Part shown: piece after piece, positions 1-11,362 of the stretch | Position numbering within the stretch: the first letter of the stretch is position 1 | How the letters are laid out: each line of letters opens with the position of its first letter | DNA from: Parasitella parasitica NRRL 2501 | Lineage: Eukaryota > Fungi > Mucoromycota | NCBI GenBank assembly: GCA_025201805.1 | Contig: MU619376.1 | Span: 1 to 64,000, forward strand | Length of the DNA stretch: 64,000 nt | Direction: 5' to 3' | The notes under the pieces: model-generated | Databases searched by the model: none | Told to the model about the DNA's origin: nothing | Seen by the model: only the letters and a program-made list of their open reading frames with translations | Translations under genes and position numbers: made by a program

Positions 1-250
1 GGAAGAGTTGTGGGTAACATTGATTGCTTGGCGTGAGTCTTGATTGGTGTTGGTTTCACTTGGTGTGGGATATCGAAACATGAGAAGCTTGGCATAAGTC
101 TTGATTGGTGTTTGTCTTGAACTGTGGAACATTACATGGTTTATGATTATGCAGTGCTTGAGTACGCATGAATCACATGTGATCTACACACTGACATAAT
201 CTCGATCTGCATGAATTCTTGATATACTTTGACAGGCGTAGTTCGTGACA
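1..250 (-). mobile_element. LTR-like repeat fragment (5' terminus TGTCACGAAC at 250, runs off window)
   Basis: Minus strand begins TGTCACGAAC...CCTGTC, similar to TGTCATGAACCTGTC at 1064. Internal direct repeat GTCTTGATTGGTGTT. No ORF. Confidence 0.45.
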
Positions 251-251
251 C

Positions 252-932
252 TTATAATGTGATGTCATACGCGGAATGGAAAGACAGCATGACAGTGGCC
301 TGTACAGAACACTCCTGCGCACGTTTACTGCAACAAAACCTGGTAGGTTCGTCGAAATATTGTTGGACGACGCGAGCGGTGCGGGTGGCAGCGTTCAATC
401 GGGAGCGTAATTTTTGTTCTTGTTCAACGAACCGTGCTGCATCTCTGCGAGTGCTTCGGGGAACACAAGAATGAACATGAAACCAACCGCGACTGACGTT
501 GGTTGAGAAGTTTCCGCCAACATCGATGATCGTTGCAGAGGTGGGAATACGGCGCATTATCAAATCCGTCCAGATGAGACGACTTGCGGCAGCTAAAGAG
601 TGATTCGCACCACGGGTACCGTACGTATGCTTAGCGTCAGAGAAGGCCTGACACAAAAGCTCTTGCTGTTGGGTAGTCAATCGGTAAGGTACGCGCACAT
701 CGAACTGGTAGTTGGATGCTTTCTTTTCGGAGAAAGGGGACTGTTGTTGGGCCAGAAGTACGGCATTCTTGACAAATGCTGAGATGGGTCCTTCGGGATC
801 CGAAATGAAGGCGGCGGTGTACTCGTCGGTAGATGCATTGGGGAGACCAAGTCTCTCCAACTCGGCCTGGACGAGAGGCCGGAGGTGTTGAGTGGCGACT
901 TTGTCGTCCTCTAGTTCCTGGGCAAAGGACAT
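252..932 (-). CDS. Endogenous viral element: N-terminal part of an alphavirus-like (tobamo/virga-like) replicase, viral methyltransferase/guanylyltransferase domain, 3'-truncated
   Basis: Motifs NHSLAAASR, IIDVGGNF, HVHSC..RDAAR and FHSAYDI parallel the tobamovirus p126 series HSLAGGLR, YDIGGNF, VHCC..RDIMR, LHSIYDI. Intronless and GC-richer than the flanks. The stop lies at the junction with the LTR-like repeat. Confidence 0.85.
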   Translation of the reverse strand: MSFAQELEDDKVATQHLRPLVQAELERLGLPNASTDEYTAAFISDPEGPISAFVKNAVLLAQQQSPFSEKKASNYQFDVRVPYRLTTQQQELLCQAFSDAKHTYGTRGANHSLAAASRLIWTDLIMRRIPTSATIIDVGGNFSTNVSRGWFHVHSCVPRSTRRDAARFVEQEQKLRSRLNAATRTARVVQQYFDEPTRFCCSKRAQECSVQATVMLSFHSAYDITL

Positions 933-1062
933 TGTTTAGATGTTTGTTGGTTTGTTATGAGATGGGTTGATTTTAATTGGAGTATATTTAGTGGAGTCTG
1001 ATGTGGAGTAATTCTGTGGAGTTCTATTTGGCGTCGGCTTAGGCTGTGGAAACCTAAGCAGT
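933..1062 (-). promoter_or_regulatory. Putative viral 5' UTR (A/C-rich, G-poor leader with terminal stem-loop)
   Basis: Viral sense reads GCTTAGG-TTTCCACAG-CCTAAGC (hairpin), four ACTCCA copies, then CATAACAAACCAACAAACATCTAAACA-ATG. Confidence 0.55.
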
Positions 1063-1063
1063 G

Positions 1064-1525
1064 TGTCATGAACCTGTCGAGCCTTCAAGCCCAAACAATT
1101 ATACATCTTGATCTAAAAATTATATCACCTCGTTATTCCTAATCAATCCACATTGCATTCTTGCCTCTCTGATTCACACTGTCATTCTTGCCTTACTCAT
1201 CCACATTATACTATTGACTTATTGATCCACGATATCCTATTTACCTAATTGATTCACGTTATAGTAAATAGTCCAGTTCACATTTCAGTGAACTAGACAG
1301 CTCGCAAAAAAGTATAAATAGAAGCCATTATGACAAGCAAAGAAGAGTTTTCTTCGTCAGATCTCCTCATCGAATTCCAATATTAAGTATCCCTAGCAAT
1401 CTTCTTATCTTTCTCCACCTTTCCCTTATTAAATTACAGCCTCCTCATTTGAAATAAACTTCTGCATATCTTCTCTTAGTACTCTGTCCCTGATTATCTA
1501 ATAAGGCCGTAGATCCCTGATAGGC
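1064..1525 (+). mobile_element. LTR-like repeat (3' end uncertain)
   Basis: Starts TGTCATG, has TATAAATA near 1313 and AATAAA near 1454. No TSD found. Confidence 0.45.
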
Positions 1526-1724
1526 TCTGTCAGATCAAAGACATGTAGCCCTTGCTGTATAACCTCATATCGTACCCTGTCAAGTAGATTGTCACTGTGA
1601 ATTAGTTTTGTCAATTAGTAATCTAAATAAGTCACCATAAATATATGTAGTTGTAAAAAGTATAAATAGCAGATGCAATTTCGATCTTAAATAAAGTATC
1701 TTAAAGTTTTCGTATCTCGTTAAC
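1526..1724 (+). repeat. Fragment of the LTR family also present at 5605-6240 and 6795-7008
   Basis: Shared blocks CTGTCAGATCAAAGA, ATATCGTACCCTGT, AAATAAGTCACCA, AAAAAGTATAAATAGCAGATGCAA and GTTTTCGTATCTCGTTA. Confidence 0.65.
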
Positions 1725-2312
1725 ATTTGGTTTTTATTATCTTTTTAACCCAACAAATACCCTGTATTTATATCATAATAAACGATATACTTCTTTTATT
1801 GTTCGGATACAGTTGAAAGCTGTGAATTATTACAAGTCTCTTTTTATTGTATTGAAATATCTGAAATATACATCAGTACCTAAAATTTTAATTATCTCAG
1901 TAACAAGCAAAAATTTATGATCCCAAAAACGCGATTCCCCAATTCCATCCTTCCGGAAATGCTAAAATGAATTTAAGAATGAGAGCATCTCAACAACGAA
2001 TCCGTCAAGGAAGACGAGATCATAGACCCAAGAATACCGCAAACACTTATTATGAGGGTACGCAACAAGAATTTCTAGCTTTTTATGATCGAAATTTTGG
2101 GTCAGAAGATCCCACAAGGCATACTGTTACTGGATCCAAGGTTGCGTTTTACATCGAAAAAGAGGTATTAACAAAACTATAAGCATTTGTTCAATGTCTA
2201 ATGGTTTTCTTTCACCACAGCTTTCTCAACGCAAGAAATTAAGACTTAAGCATGGCGAAGATCCCGATGCAACTCTCAGTGCAAATACAATTGAGATCCA
2301 TCTTGTAGCAAT

Positions 2313-4278
2313 CACTATGGCGTCCTGGATGTTCTCGGTGAACATAAATGTGCTCAAATGGGAACATTTTTAGGGTCATGGGAGCATTAATGTGCTTGCG
2401 AGACCATAAATAATTTTGGCCCAAATGTAAAAAAAGTTGAGATGGCTCATTTTTTAATTATATAATATAATTCCTGAGACATTTCAATTTTTTTTGTGCT
2501 TGTAGTAACATTTGCTACCAAATATTTGTTGAGATATTGCAAAGATCGCATCTGTTTTGAGTAAAAAAAGTTTATTTATGCTCGCACGATCATACTAATG
2601 TTCATTCGAGAGCAAAAAGTGACGAAGAAGTACCTACTGTTAACCAAAGTGTTGTTGAAGATGATAAAAAAAAAGCCGCTGGTAATAATAATGCTAGCAC
2701 CAGTAGCAATACACTTGAATAAAGTATATTTTTGTTTGCACATGCCTTGCTTTCAAATGTTGAGACGACCTTGTAGCTGTGCTTTTCTATTGGCTTTTTA
2801 CTGCATGCTTAGCGCAAACATTGCATATTGTGNNNNNNNNNNNNNNNNNNNNNNNNNNNNNNNNNNNNNNNNNNNNNNNNNNNNNNNNNNNNNNNNNNNN
2901 NNNNNNNNNNNNNNNNNNNNNNNNNNNNNNNNNNNNNNNNNNNNNNNNNNNNNNNNNNNNNNNNNNNNNNNNNNNNNNNNNNNNNNNNNNNNNNNNNNNN
3001 NNNNNNNNNNNNNNNNNNNNNNNNNNNNNNNNNNNNNNNNNNNNNNNNNNNNNNNNNNNNNNNNNNNNNNNNNNNNNNNNNNNNNNNNNNNNNNNNNNNN
3101 NNNNNNNNNNNNNNNNNNNNNNNNNNNNNNNNNNNNNNNNNNNNNNNNNNNNNNNNNNNNNNNNNNNNNNNNNNNNNNNNNNNNNNNNNNNNNNNNNNNN
3201 NNNNNNNNNNNNNNNNNNNNNNNNNNNNNNNNNNNNNNNNNNNNNNNNNNNNNNNNNNNNNNNNNNNNNNNNNNNNNNNNNNNNNNNNNNNNNNNNNNNN
3301 NNNNNNNNNNNNNNNNNNNNNNNNNNNNNNNNNNNNNNNNNNNNNNNNNNNNNNNNNNNNNNNNNNNNNNNNNNNNNNNNNNNNNNNNNNNNNNNNNNNN
3401 NNNNNNNNNNNNNNNNNNNNNNNNNNNNNNNNNNNNNNNNNNNNNNNNNNNNNNNNNNNNNNNNNNNNNNNNNNNNNNNNNNNNNNNNNNNNNNNNNNNN
3501 NNNNNNNNNNNNNNNNNNNNNNNNNNNNNNNNNNNNNNNNNNNNNNNNNNNNNNNNNNNNNNNNNNNNNNNNNNNNNNNNNNNNNNNNNNNNNNNNNNNN
3601 NNNNNNNNNNNNNNNNNNNNNNNNNNNNNNNNNNNNNNNNNNNNNNNNNNNNNNNNNNNNNNNNNNNNNNNNNNNNNNNNNNNNNNNNNNNNNNNNNNNN
3701 NNNNNNNNNNNNNNNNNNNNNNNNNNNNNNNNTGTAGGTGGTTATTTGTTATTGTCGCCAACAAAATTTATTTTACTGATGCATTTTTCTTGTATATAGC
3801 AAATACCTCAGCAGTTGCTTCAATTTCAAATCGGGTAATAGCTAACCTTGTACTGTTTTCCATAATTGCCTGTGTGAACCAAAGGCTACATAATCAAGAC
3901 AATATTGTATGTAACGATATGAAATGAAAGCAATAATAAATTACTGGTCCATACTACAAAAATTGACAAAACTTACAGCTACATTTTTATACGCAAATTT
4001 TACTTTTTTGAGTAATTATTTTGAGTGTACGGGCACATTTTCGCTTCATGAGCACATTTTTTCAAGCCTTTTGAGCGTAATTTTAAGCCTATGAAACTAG
4101 TAATTTATGTGCTCATCTAAGCATAAAAATGTGATCATTTAAGATGTTTCAATTTTTGCTCTCGCATGAGCACATTTATCGCCTTAACCTAGCTCGATAA
4201 GCACTTTTTTTGGCTCTAAAAACTGTTCCCGTTCATGCACATATATATTCTCATGAGAACATCGGCGAGGCCATAGTG
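2313..4278. mobile_element. CACTA (CMC/EnSpm) DNA transposon, apparently non-autonomous, spanning the N gap
   Basis: TIRs CACTATGGCGTCCTGGATGTTCTC and GAGAACATCGGCGAGGCCATAGTG, 3-bp TSD AAT on both sides, subterminal GTGCTC/GAGCAC repeats. Confidence 0.8.
2833..3732. other. Assembly gap (N run)
   Basis: Run of N. ORFs spanning it are artefacts. Confidence 0.99.
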
Positions 4279-4421
4279 AATTGTCGATCTTTGGAGAGAT
4301 CAACGAAACAAAGGCATAAATACTTTCCCTCATCCTGGAATTGAATATGAACAATTTATGAACACTCTCGCAAGAAAAGAGAACAAGAAGAGAGAAGAAT
4401 ATAAGACCGTCGTGCAGCAAT

Positions 4422-4847
4422 CGTGGATATAATATCCATACTTCATACATCGATCATCAGTTCATGCTATATTTGAATCATGAGTGTACTACTCAATAGA
4501 TATTATCAAATGTGTACATAGTCGGAAGAATAGAATAACCAACATATAAAGATAAGAAATGAATCTTAACAAATCACAATACATGCAAGTCAATGTATAA
4601 TATAGCCTGATATTTTGATCAAAGATCTTAATCCAATAGTGAGGCTACATGAATAGATAGAATATTCTTTGAAGATTGATAATGATTGAGATGTGATAGT
4701 GGAAACTATATAAAGAGGGCATCAATCTGTAATGATTAGAGTTCTCCAGTCTGAACTAAATAATAAATCTATACGTTATCTAGTTGACTTATCTTGTTTT
4801 TTTATACTTTTTTTCTGTGAATATCCTTACATCAAGCATATTCCACA
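4422..4847 (+). mobile_element. Solo LTR inserted in the Crypton ORF
   Basis: Termini (C)GTGGATAT...ATATTCCACA, 5-bp TSD GCAAT, internal TATATAAA and AATAAA. Confidence 0.75.
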
Positions 4848-5604
4848 GCAATAACTGTTGGTGATGGATACACGACGGTCGAGGAGTTGAAGGCTTGATT
4901 GATCACTACATCGCTCAAAATAGCGAAGAAAAGGCTTGCGTGATGCCTTAATTTGTTTACTCTCACATTACATGTATCTTCGTGGAGCTTCTGCTTGTCA
5001 AGCTGAATTAGCGGATCTTCAGTCGCTGAATTTTGCTGCTGAAGGGCCTACACCTTGCCCTGCCTTGCTGTTTCTAATGACTGATAGCAAATCAAACAAG
5101 CATGATGGAGCCATTCAGATATCTGGATGTATGCGAAGCAAGTTCACTGAGATTTGTCCGCTCATGATGCCCTCGTTCTATCGCTTCCAATGCCAGGGAG
5201 AGGCGTTCCCAAACACGACAACTTCCAGAGACTGGTTTGATATCAAGCTTTTCAAAGGGTCAGATCGCTTGGTGGAGATGTCTTCCAAAGCACATTTTGT
5301 TGCCATCAAGAAAGGACTCGGCGCTTGTAGAATTCAATCAAGCAAGGCCACCCATATTTTTCTAGGTGCAGGCGCACGAATGGCAGATGTGTGGGGTGTC
5401 GATGAAAGCGAAATCAGACGAAACGGCTAGTGGAACTCTACGTCTATTAACAGGTCTTACTTGACAGGTCTACCAAGAAGACTCATGCGGCAACTTGCTG
5501 GCTTCCCAAGAGAAGAAGGCCACTTTTATCTTCCCAGAGGCATGATAGATCCTCCAGAAGAACTAAAGCGCAAGCTTTTCTCTGATGTGGACCTATGGCA
5601 AGAT

Positions 5605-6240
5605 TGATCTGCCATAATGTAGGTTAGGAGATCATGATAGTGTACTTCAATTAAAGATTCGAGATGATTGTCCAATGATGTGTTGTTGTTCAGGTCGAAA
5701 CAGGCGAATAAAGTCTTTGTTTCAAATCAGGAAGGTTATCTGTAACACAGATCTGTATGATTGACAAACAATAAGGTACTGTCAGATCAAAGATCAATAA
5801 CCTTGTAGTGTTGAGATCAGCAAGATCGAAATAAGAAAAGTATAATATAAAACGTTGAATTAACGAGATACGAAAACTTGAGATTACTTTATTAAAGATT
5901 CAACTTTGCATCTGCTATTTATACTTTTTACAACAACATAAATTTTTGGTGACTTATTTAAAATACTAGTCGATAGTAATCGATAAGAATAATTTGCAAG
6001 CAACATCATATCCTTAACAGGGTACGATATATTATTATACTACAAGGTTATTGATCTTTGATCTGACAGTACCTTATTGTTTGTCAATCATACAGATCTG
6101 TGTTACAGATAACCTTCCTGATTTGAAACAAAGACTTTATTCTCCTGTTTCGACCAGTATAACAACACATCATTGGACAATCTTCAATCTTTAATTGAAG
6201 TACACTATCATGATCTCCTAACCTACATTATGGCAGATCA
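5605..6240. mobile_element. Two copies of one LTR family in inverted arrangement (partial + copy 5605-5809, full - copy 5809-6240)
   Basis: About 200-bp near-identical inverted arms starting TGATCTGCCATAATG. The minus copy runs TG...CTCAACA with TATAAATA and AATAAA. Confidence 0.75.
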
Positions 6241-6794
6241 TGTAGTATGCAGTAAATTTGAAAGATTTACGAAATAAAAAAAAAAAAAAGTAAAAATAAA
6301 AGCGATATGAAATTACAATTATAATCAAGTTTGGGGTTCTTTATTATAAAAGTATACTGAGGTTTTATCTAGAGAAAAACATCTTAGTATTTATAGGATT
6401 TGAATTGTTGTATATCAGTTCTCATGAATGAAGCATTGATCCTAGAGTCAAAGCGTTAATTTGTCGTTGTTTAATTTTAGGTTTTAAGGAGAAGCAAATT
6501 ATGCTGAATGCTTTCACCATTGATGGAGATTTGCGTAACATTGATTGGCCGTGTTAGGATGGCTATCGTCATACTTTAGTTATTCTGTTAAAGATATCCT
6601 TGTCTAGAATGATGGGAAAAACCCATTGAATGACGAGCTGCCATAATTGATAAGGTCTTAAATTGTATTTGTAATTCGATTTGATTTATATGACTTAATA
6701 TGTTATGCGAACTCGAATGGCACGAATTGACTATGCGTGACATTTGAGTCTTATTTTTTTAGATACTTGCTTTTAGTTATACCATTCCATTGCA

Positions 6795-7008
6795 TAGTAT
6801 AATAATATATCGTACCCTGTTAAGGATATGATGTTGCTTGCAAACTATTCTTATCGATTAGTATCGACTAGTATTTTAAATAAGTCACCAAAAATTTATG
6901 TTGTTTTAAAAAGTATAAATAGTAGATGCAAAGTTGAATCTTTAATAAAGTAATCTCAAGTTTTCGTATCTCGTTATTTCAACGTTTTATATTATACTTT
7001 TCTTATTA
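6795..7008 (+). repeat. 3' half of the same LTR family
   Basis: Near-exact reverse complement of about 5835-6040. Confidence 0.75.
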
Positions 7009-7964
7009 TATATTCTATAACGAATATGTACAACACACAACAGAGATATAACCAAAGTTACCAAAACTAATGGTTATGGGGATAAAGACTACTGTTTATT
7101 TGTTTAAATAAGATATAACTTATGTAATACTTGGAGATTGGGGGGGAAGCGTTCTGATCGTTTGATTAATATAGGGGTCAAAGAGACGACCTGGCTTGCG
7201 CCACCACACAACAGTATAGTAAGTAATAACCCTGATAGCAATGTTAACAATTAGATACATTACCCGTCCATTAACATAGTACATCATTCTACCCTTACTA
7301 CTAGATAATTGTATTTCATCACAGTGTTGTACGTGAGCATAAAGTCTTAATGATGTATATTTCAGATATTTCAATACAATAAAAAGAGACTTGTAATAAT
7401 TCACAGCTTTCAACTGTATCCGAACAATAAAAGAAGTATATCGTTTATTATGATATAAATACCCTGTATTTTTATCTTCAATTATTTACTACAACTGACA
7501 TGGTAGCTGTTGTAATAACCAATAGATTAATGTGATAGTATGTTGTCACTGTTGATGAACGAATAGAAAATACACCGTGTTATCATTGTCAATTGGTTTG
7601 ATATGTTTCATTGTTGAGATTGATCCAAGAATATGAGCTAATGTAACATATCAAATAGTTTGTTCGCACCTTGACATTTGAGAGCAAGTCCGCATATCTT
7701 GTTGATGTCATGGCAGCCGAGACATTGCGATATCCAGTGACCGTTGAGATATTATACTGGTTTGACATGAAAGAAATGGTGTTTGTAGCATATTTCTTTT
7801 TATTTTTGAAGCTCAGTAGGATATTGACAGTTGATGTTTATTTTCTTTGATGTTATTATGGTCGAATTGGTGGAAAGGGTTCAAAATATGGAATGAAAGG
7901 CTCTCAATTTGGATTTCATCTAATTAACAATAGCAATAACAACATATATATCTTACTTACAACA

Positions 7965-8271
7965 TGATGTGTCAATTTCCCAACCGGAAGTCAAACTCAA
8001 GTAAACTCAATCCTGAACACAATTCAGGAACATATCCCAATGGATCATGTTCCTTATTTATAACTCAACATGACATGTTCATGGATAATAGATACGATCT
8101 ATCGTTCCATTCTCTAAATCACACCATGTCTCACACTTGTATCTTATCCTCCCATCAGTCCACTTAGATTCACTAGTATATAAACCATCATTTTTCCATG
8201 TAATAAACGAGATCTTTACCTGATTAATTCACAACCGTTTTATTTGAATAATTTCTCATTCTGATAAATCA
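7965..8271 (+). mobile_element. Solo LTR
   Basis: TGATGT...AAATCA termini, 5-bp TSD CAACA, TATATAAA and AATAAA. Confidence 0.7.
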
Positions 8272-8893
8272 CAACAGAAACAACAAGAATAATGTCAACA
8301 AAATCATCTCTTCAATCACATTCTTCTATTTTATTTTATTTTATTTTAATTCCTTATCATATTCAAGCATCTGCCGCACAGATTGCAACATTTTCTAGTT
8401 AGCCATTTAGTATAAATATCTCTTTCAATTGCAGGATTCTAATAAAAAAATAACTTTTTTCCATTCTTATTTTTATTGGTTTCATTTTGACAAGACAACA
8501 TTAGACGTTATTTTCTGTGTTCCTTAATAACTTGTAAGTTACATGATGATTACAGAGAGGATCAACTGGATGATGTTTATTAACATAGCTCTGATTCATT
8601 TTGTAATTTTTAGCTTGTTAATTACATCTAAATCCAATATCCTTCAAGTTAAAGAATTTCCATTTGATCAAACCGATCATATTTCGAACTATTCTCATTT
8701 ATCCGTTTCAGGTTCGTATCTGATACAATCATATAATATATTTGCAGTAAATCAGCAAGCGTAGTACTTGTAGGAATTGATATAGTGCAGATGTAGCAGT
8801 GCGTATACATCACTTAATATTAATGCTATATTTGCCAAAATGAGGTTGACTTCCAATTATATGGTCCGCCGCCTAGTGGCTCTGCAATGCTAC

Positions 8894-9104
8894 TGTTATA
8901 TCAATAACATGGCAAGGTCTCACATCAGGATCTCAGATCAGTCCCAGGGTCTTACAGTAAATCATGGGTAGTCATGATTTACATTATGCAGCTAGACAGT
9001 AGAACCCTAGTGTAATGAATGTGTATATAATACATAGAGAGATGTATTATGAATAAAGGTGTAATTCTTTGGCAGATTTATTTTATCAGACTTTTGACAT
9101 AACA
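8894..9104 (+). mobile_element. Short solo LTR (211 bp)
   Basis: TGTTAT...ATAACA termini, 5-bp TSD GCTAC, TATATAA and AATAAA. Confidence 0.75.
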
Positions 9105-9639
9105 GCTACCCCGATGAATAAATAATGCAGGCTCCAGCTCAAACTATTTGAATTGGGATGATGAAAATCTGAGCAGTAAATTTAATCTATACATTATCCA
9201 AGTTTATGAATATGAGGAAGGTGGAGAGAGGGTCAAACTGGATCTACCGAATAGCACTGGAGTAGGCTAATCAATAGATTCAAATCATTTTGTCGTGGCT
9301 AATATTATTCAAGATGAAAACAGGTGCCATCTTTCATTGTAAAGTAGGTCCAGCAATATGCTTACATATAATCTCAATGAATAATGGTGGAATCTGTAAT
9401 CTAGTAGAAAGAGTGTAGTTGCCGAGAATGAAAGCAAGCAGTATAGACATGCCGTTTAATAATGCTGTGAAAATGTATCTTCCATCTGGTCTGAACAGGT
9501 TTAACACTTTGCGTTGGTGGTAGAGACTATTTCACTATTCTTTGTTTTGAGGAAGTATTCGGCTTGGAATAGCACGTTAATGTAGTAGCGTCGTTAATTT
9601 TTATTGCTTATTAGGTGTGATTTCTAAACGACAAAGATG

Positions 9640-10770
9640 AGGTTACTCGTGAGATGGAACTAACAGAGGTAGCAGGGAATTGCAGAAGAATTTTCGCCTT
9701 TTACCAGGCGTCGGCAGCTTAGTATGGCGAGGTTGAGGAAAATGCAGGGCCACTCTCTGTATGCGAGGGGCACCGATAGCCTTGCATTGACCGCGCTGGC
9801 CATCTGCTGGACCTTCTCGATTTAAAGTGGTACCGCCAGCGAAGAGCACTAATTACATGCGAGAGAGCTCAATTGCTTGGCATTCTTGCAAGAAATTTAT
9901 CAAAAACCGTGTCCTCAGAGGAGCGATGTTGGTGCTTTGCCGACAAGGTGTCCATATTCTCCACAGCAAGAGTGGCTGAGATGATCTGACCATGAGTGTT
10001 GTTCATCAGTGTCTACTAATCAAACTGGTAGAAGAGCTAGGATTTTTGGCTCTTTGCTACCATCAGGTGAGTATATTGATGTTTGGGATTGTAAATTAGA
10101 AGGAAAAATCTTTACTTGTTTGGAGAAAGCAGAGAGAGCAGAGAAAACAGACTTTTTACAGGTCTTGCGTAGCTATATCTGGGAAACTGCAATGGTGTTT
10201 TGAAGTATGTCAAGGGCCGCATTGTTGACGCTTTTCACTGCAAGTATGGTAAGGTTGCAATTGGCGAAGTTCATCACAGTATATCTTGTATCGCTCGAAG
10301 CACTGGCAGAATTGATATATTAGAGTATATCATCCCACTTCGAAAAAGACTTCCGGTCTTCTTCCGCCCAAGGAAGTTTGCTGGTAAACTGTTCAGTGAT
10401 GGGCTGCTTGGTGTTGAGGTTGAGCACAATAGAGCTGGATTCGTAAAATAAACAACCTTTCATGTGAAACTCAAGGCCCAAGTCTGTGCATGCGTTCTCG
10501 AAGCATATGAGGGTGTTAATAAAAAGAGATTTTCAACGTGAGTACGCTTAGCTTTGGCATCAGCTTGTAGCCTGTGATAGTCTTTAATAGATACTTGGTC
10601 ATATCGAGCCCACAGGTTGAAAATCTCTGATAGACATCATATTTGCTGCCCTGGCAGATGTCAATATGTGTGCGCTGCAGATATTTTTTGCACATTTCAA
10701 GGCACCATAAAAAAGGGTAGCTATTATCCCGTAAAGAATTACGTGAGAGCATAGCTATCGACAATATCCG
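9640..10770 (-). pseudogene. Degenerate coding-like sequence, family not recognised
   Basis: A minus frame reads FENACTDLGLEFHMKGCLFYES...WDDIL*YINSAS...QI* with isolated in-frame stops. Confidence 0.3.
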
Positions 10771-11362
10771 TAATTTCTATCAAGGCATTTTCTTGTCTAT
10801 TCTAACAATGTAAGGAGTGAAAACAATGTAAAAGATGTCTTTAGTGGCGGTGGCATATCTAAAGTCCTTAGTGGATTAGCAAGTTGCTTTTTAGGCAGAA
10901 GTGATATTGGGGTACTTACGGTTTCATCAGTTCACTCATTTGAACTATAACAGGAGAGTTTTTACCTACAGTTTCATAAGACCATGTATGTACCAAAACA
11001 ATAGCATTGGTGCCTGAGACATTTTTAATTTTTGACAAGGGCAAGGTCGGTGTGGTTTTGGAGAAAGACAAAAGTCAGCAATGGAATTCATTGCACATTT
11101 ATAAACTGTTACGCGGTGAGGTAATATCTTTCAATAGAATACTGCTTCTTTGGAATCATTCTGCAACAATGTGTGCAAGCTGTTTGACACAACACCTAGA
11201 AATACCTTCTGAATTTTGCCGTGCCTGGCAACCAGTGAAATTATGAGCAGGTTTATACAGATATTGCATAAATTGCTCTACAAGGCAAAATTTTGAAACC
11301 AAGCAAGTTTTAGCCCTGGACCTGTAAATGTTTTACTTTTGCCTTTTCTTCTCTCTCCTGAC

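Larger units (their letters stand above)
1967..5604 (+). pseudogene. Crypton (tyrosine recombinase / Ndc10-like) transposon gene, disrupted by nested insertions
   Basis: N-terminus RPKNT..Y..TQQEF; AIVDLWRDQRNKGINTFPHP restored across the CACTA insertion; ITVGDGYTT; RDALICLLSHYMYLRG; KATHIF; W..SINRSYLTGLP..MRQLAGF. Contains stops and frameshifts. Confidence 0.75.
1764..7462. repeat. 112-bp perfect inverted repeat pair (1764-1875 / 7351-7462)
   Basis: The arms are exact reverse complements by inspection. Each outer end carries AAATAC-CCT-GTATTT in direct orientation. Confidence 0.85.

Noticed and set aside
2598-3927. Long ORFs in the ORF track
   Set aside because: They are produced by the N gap (poly-X).
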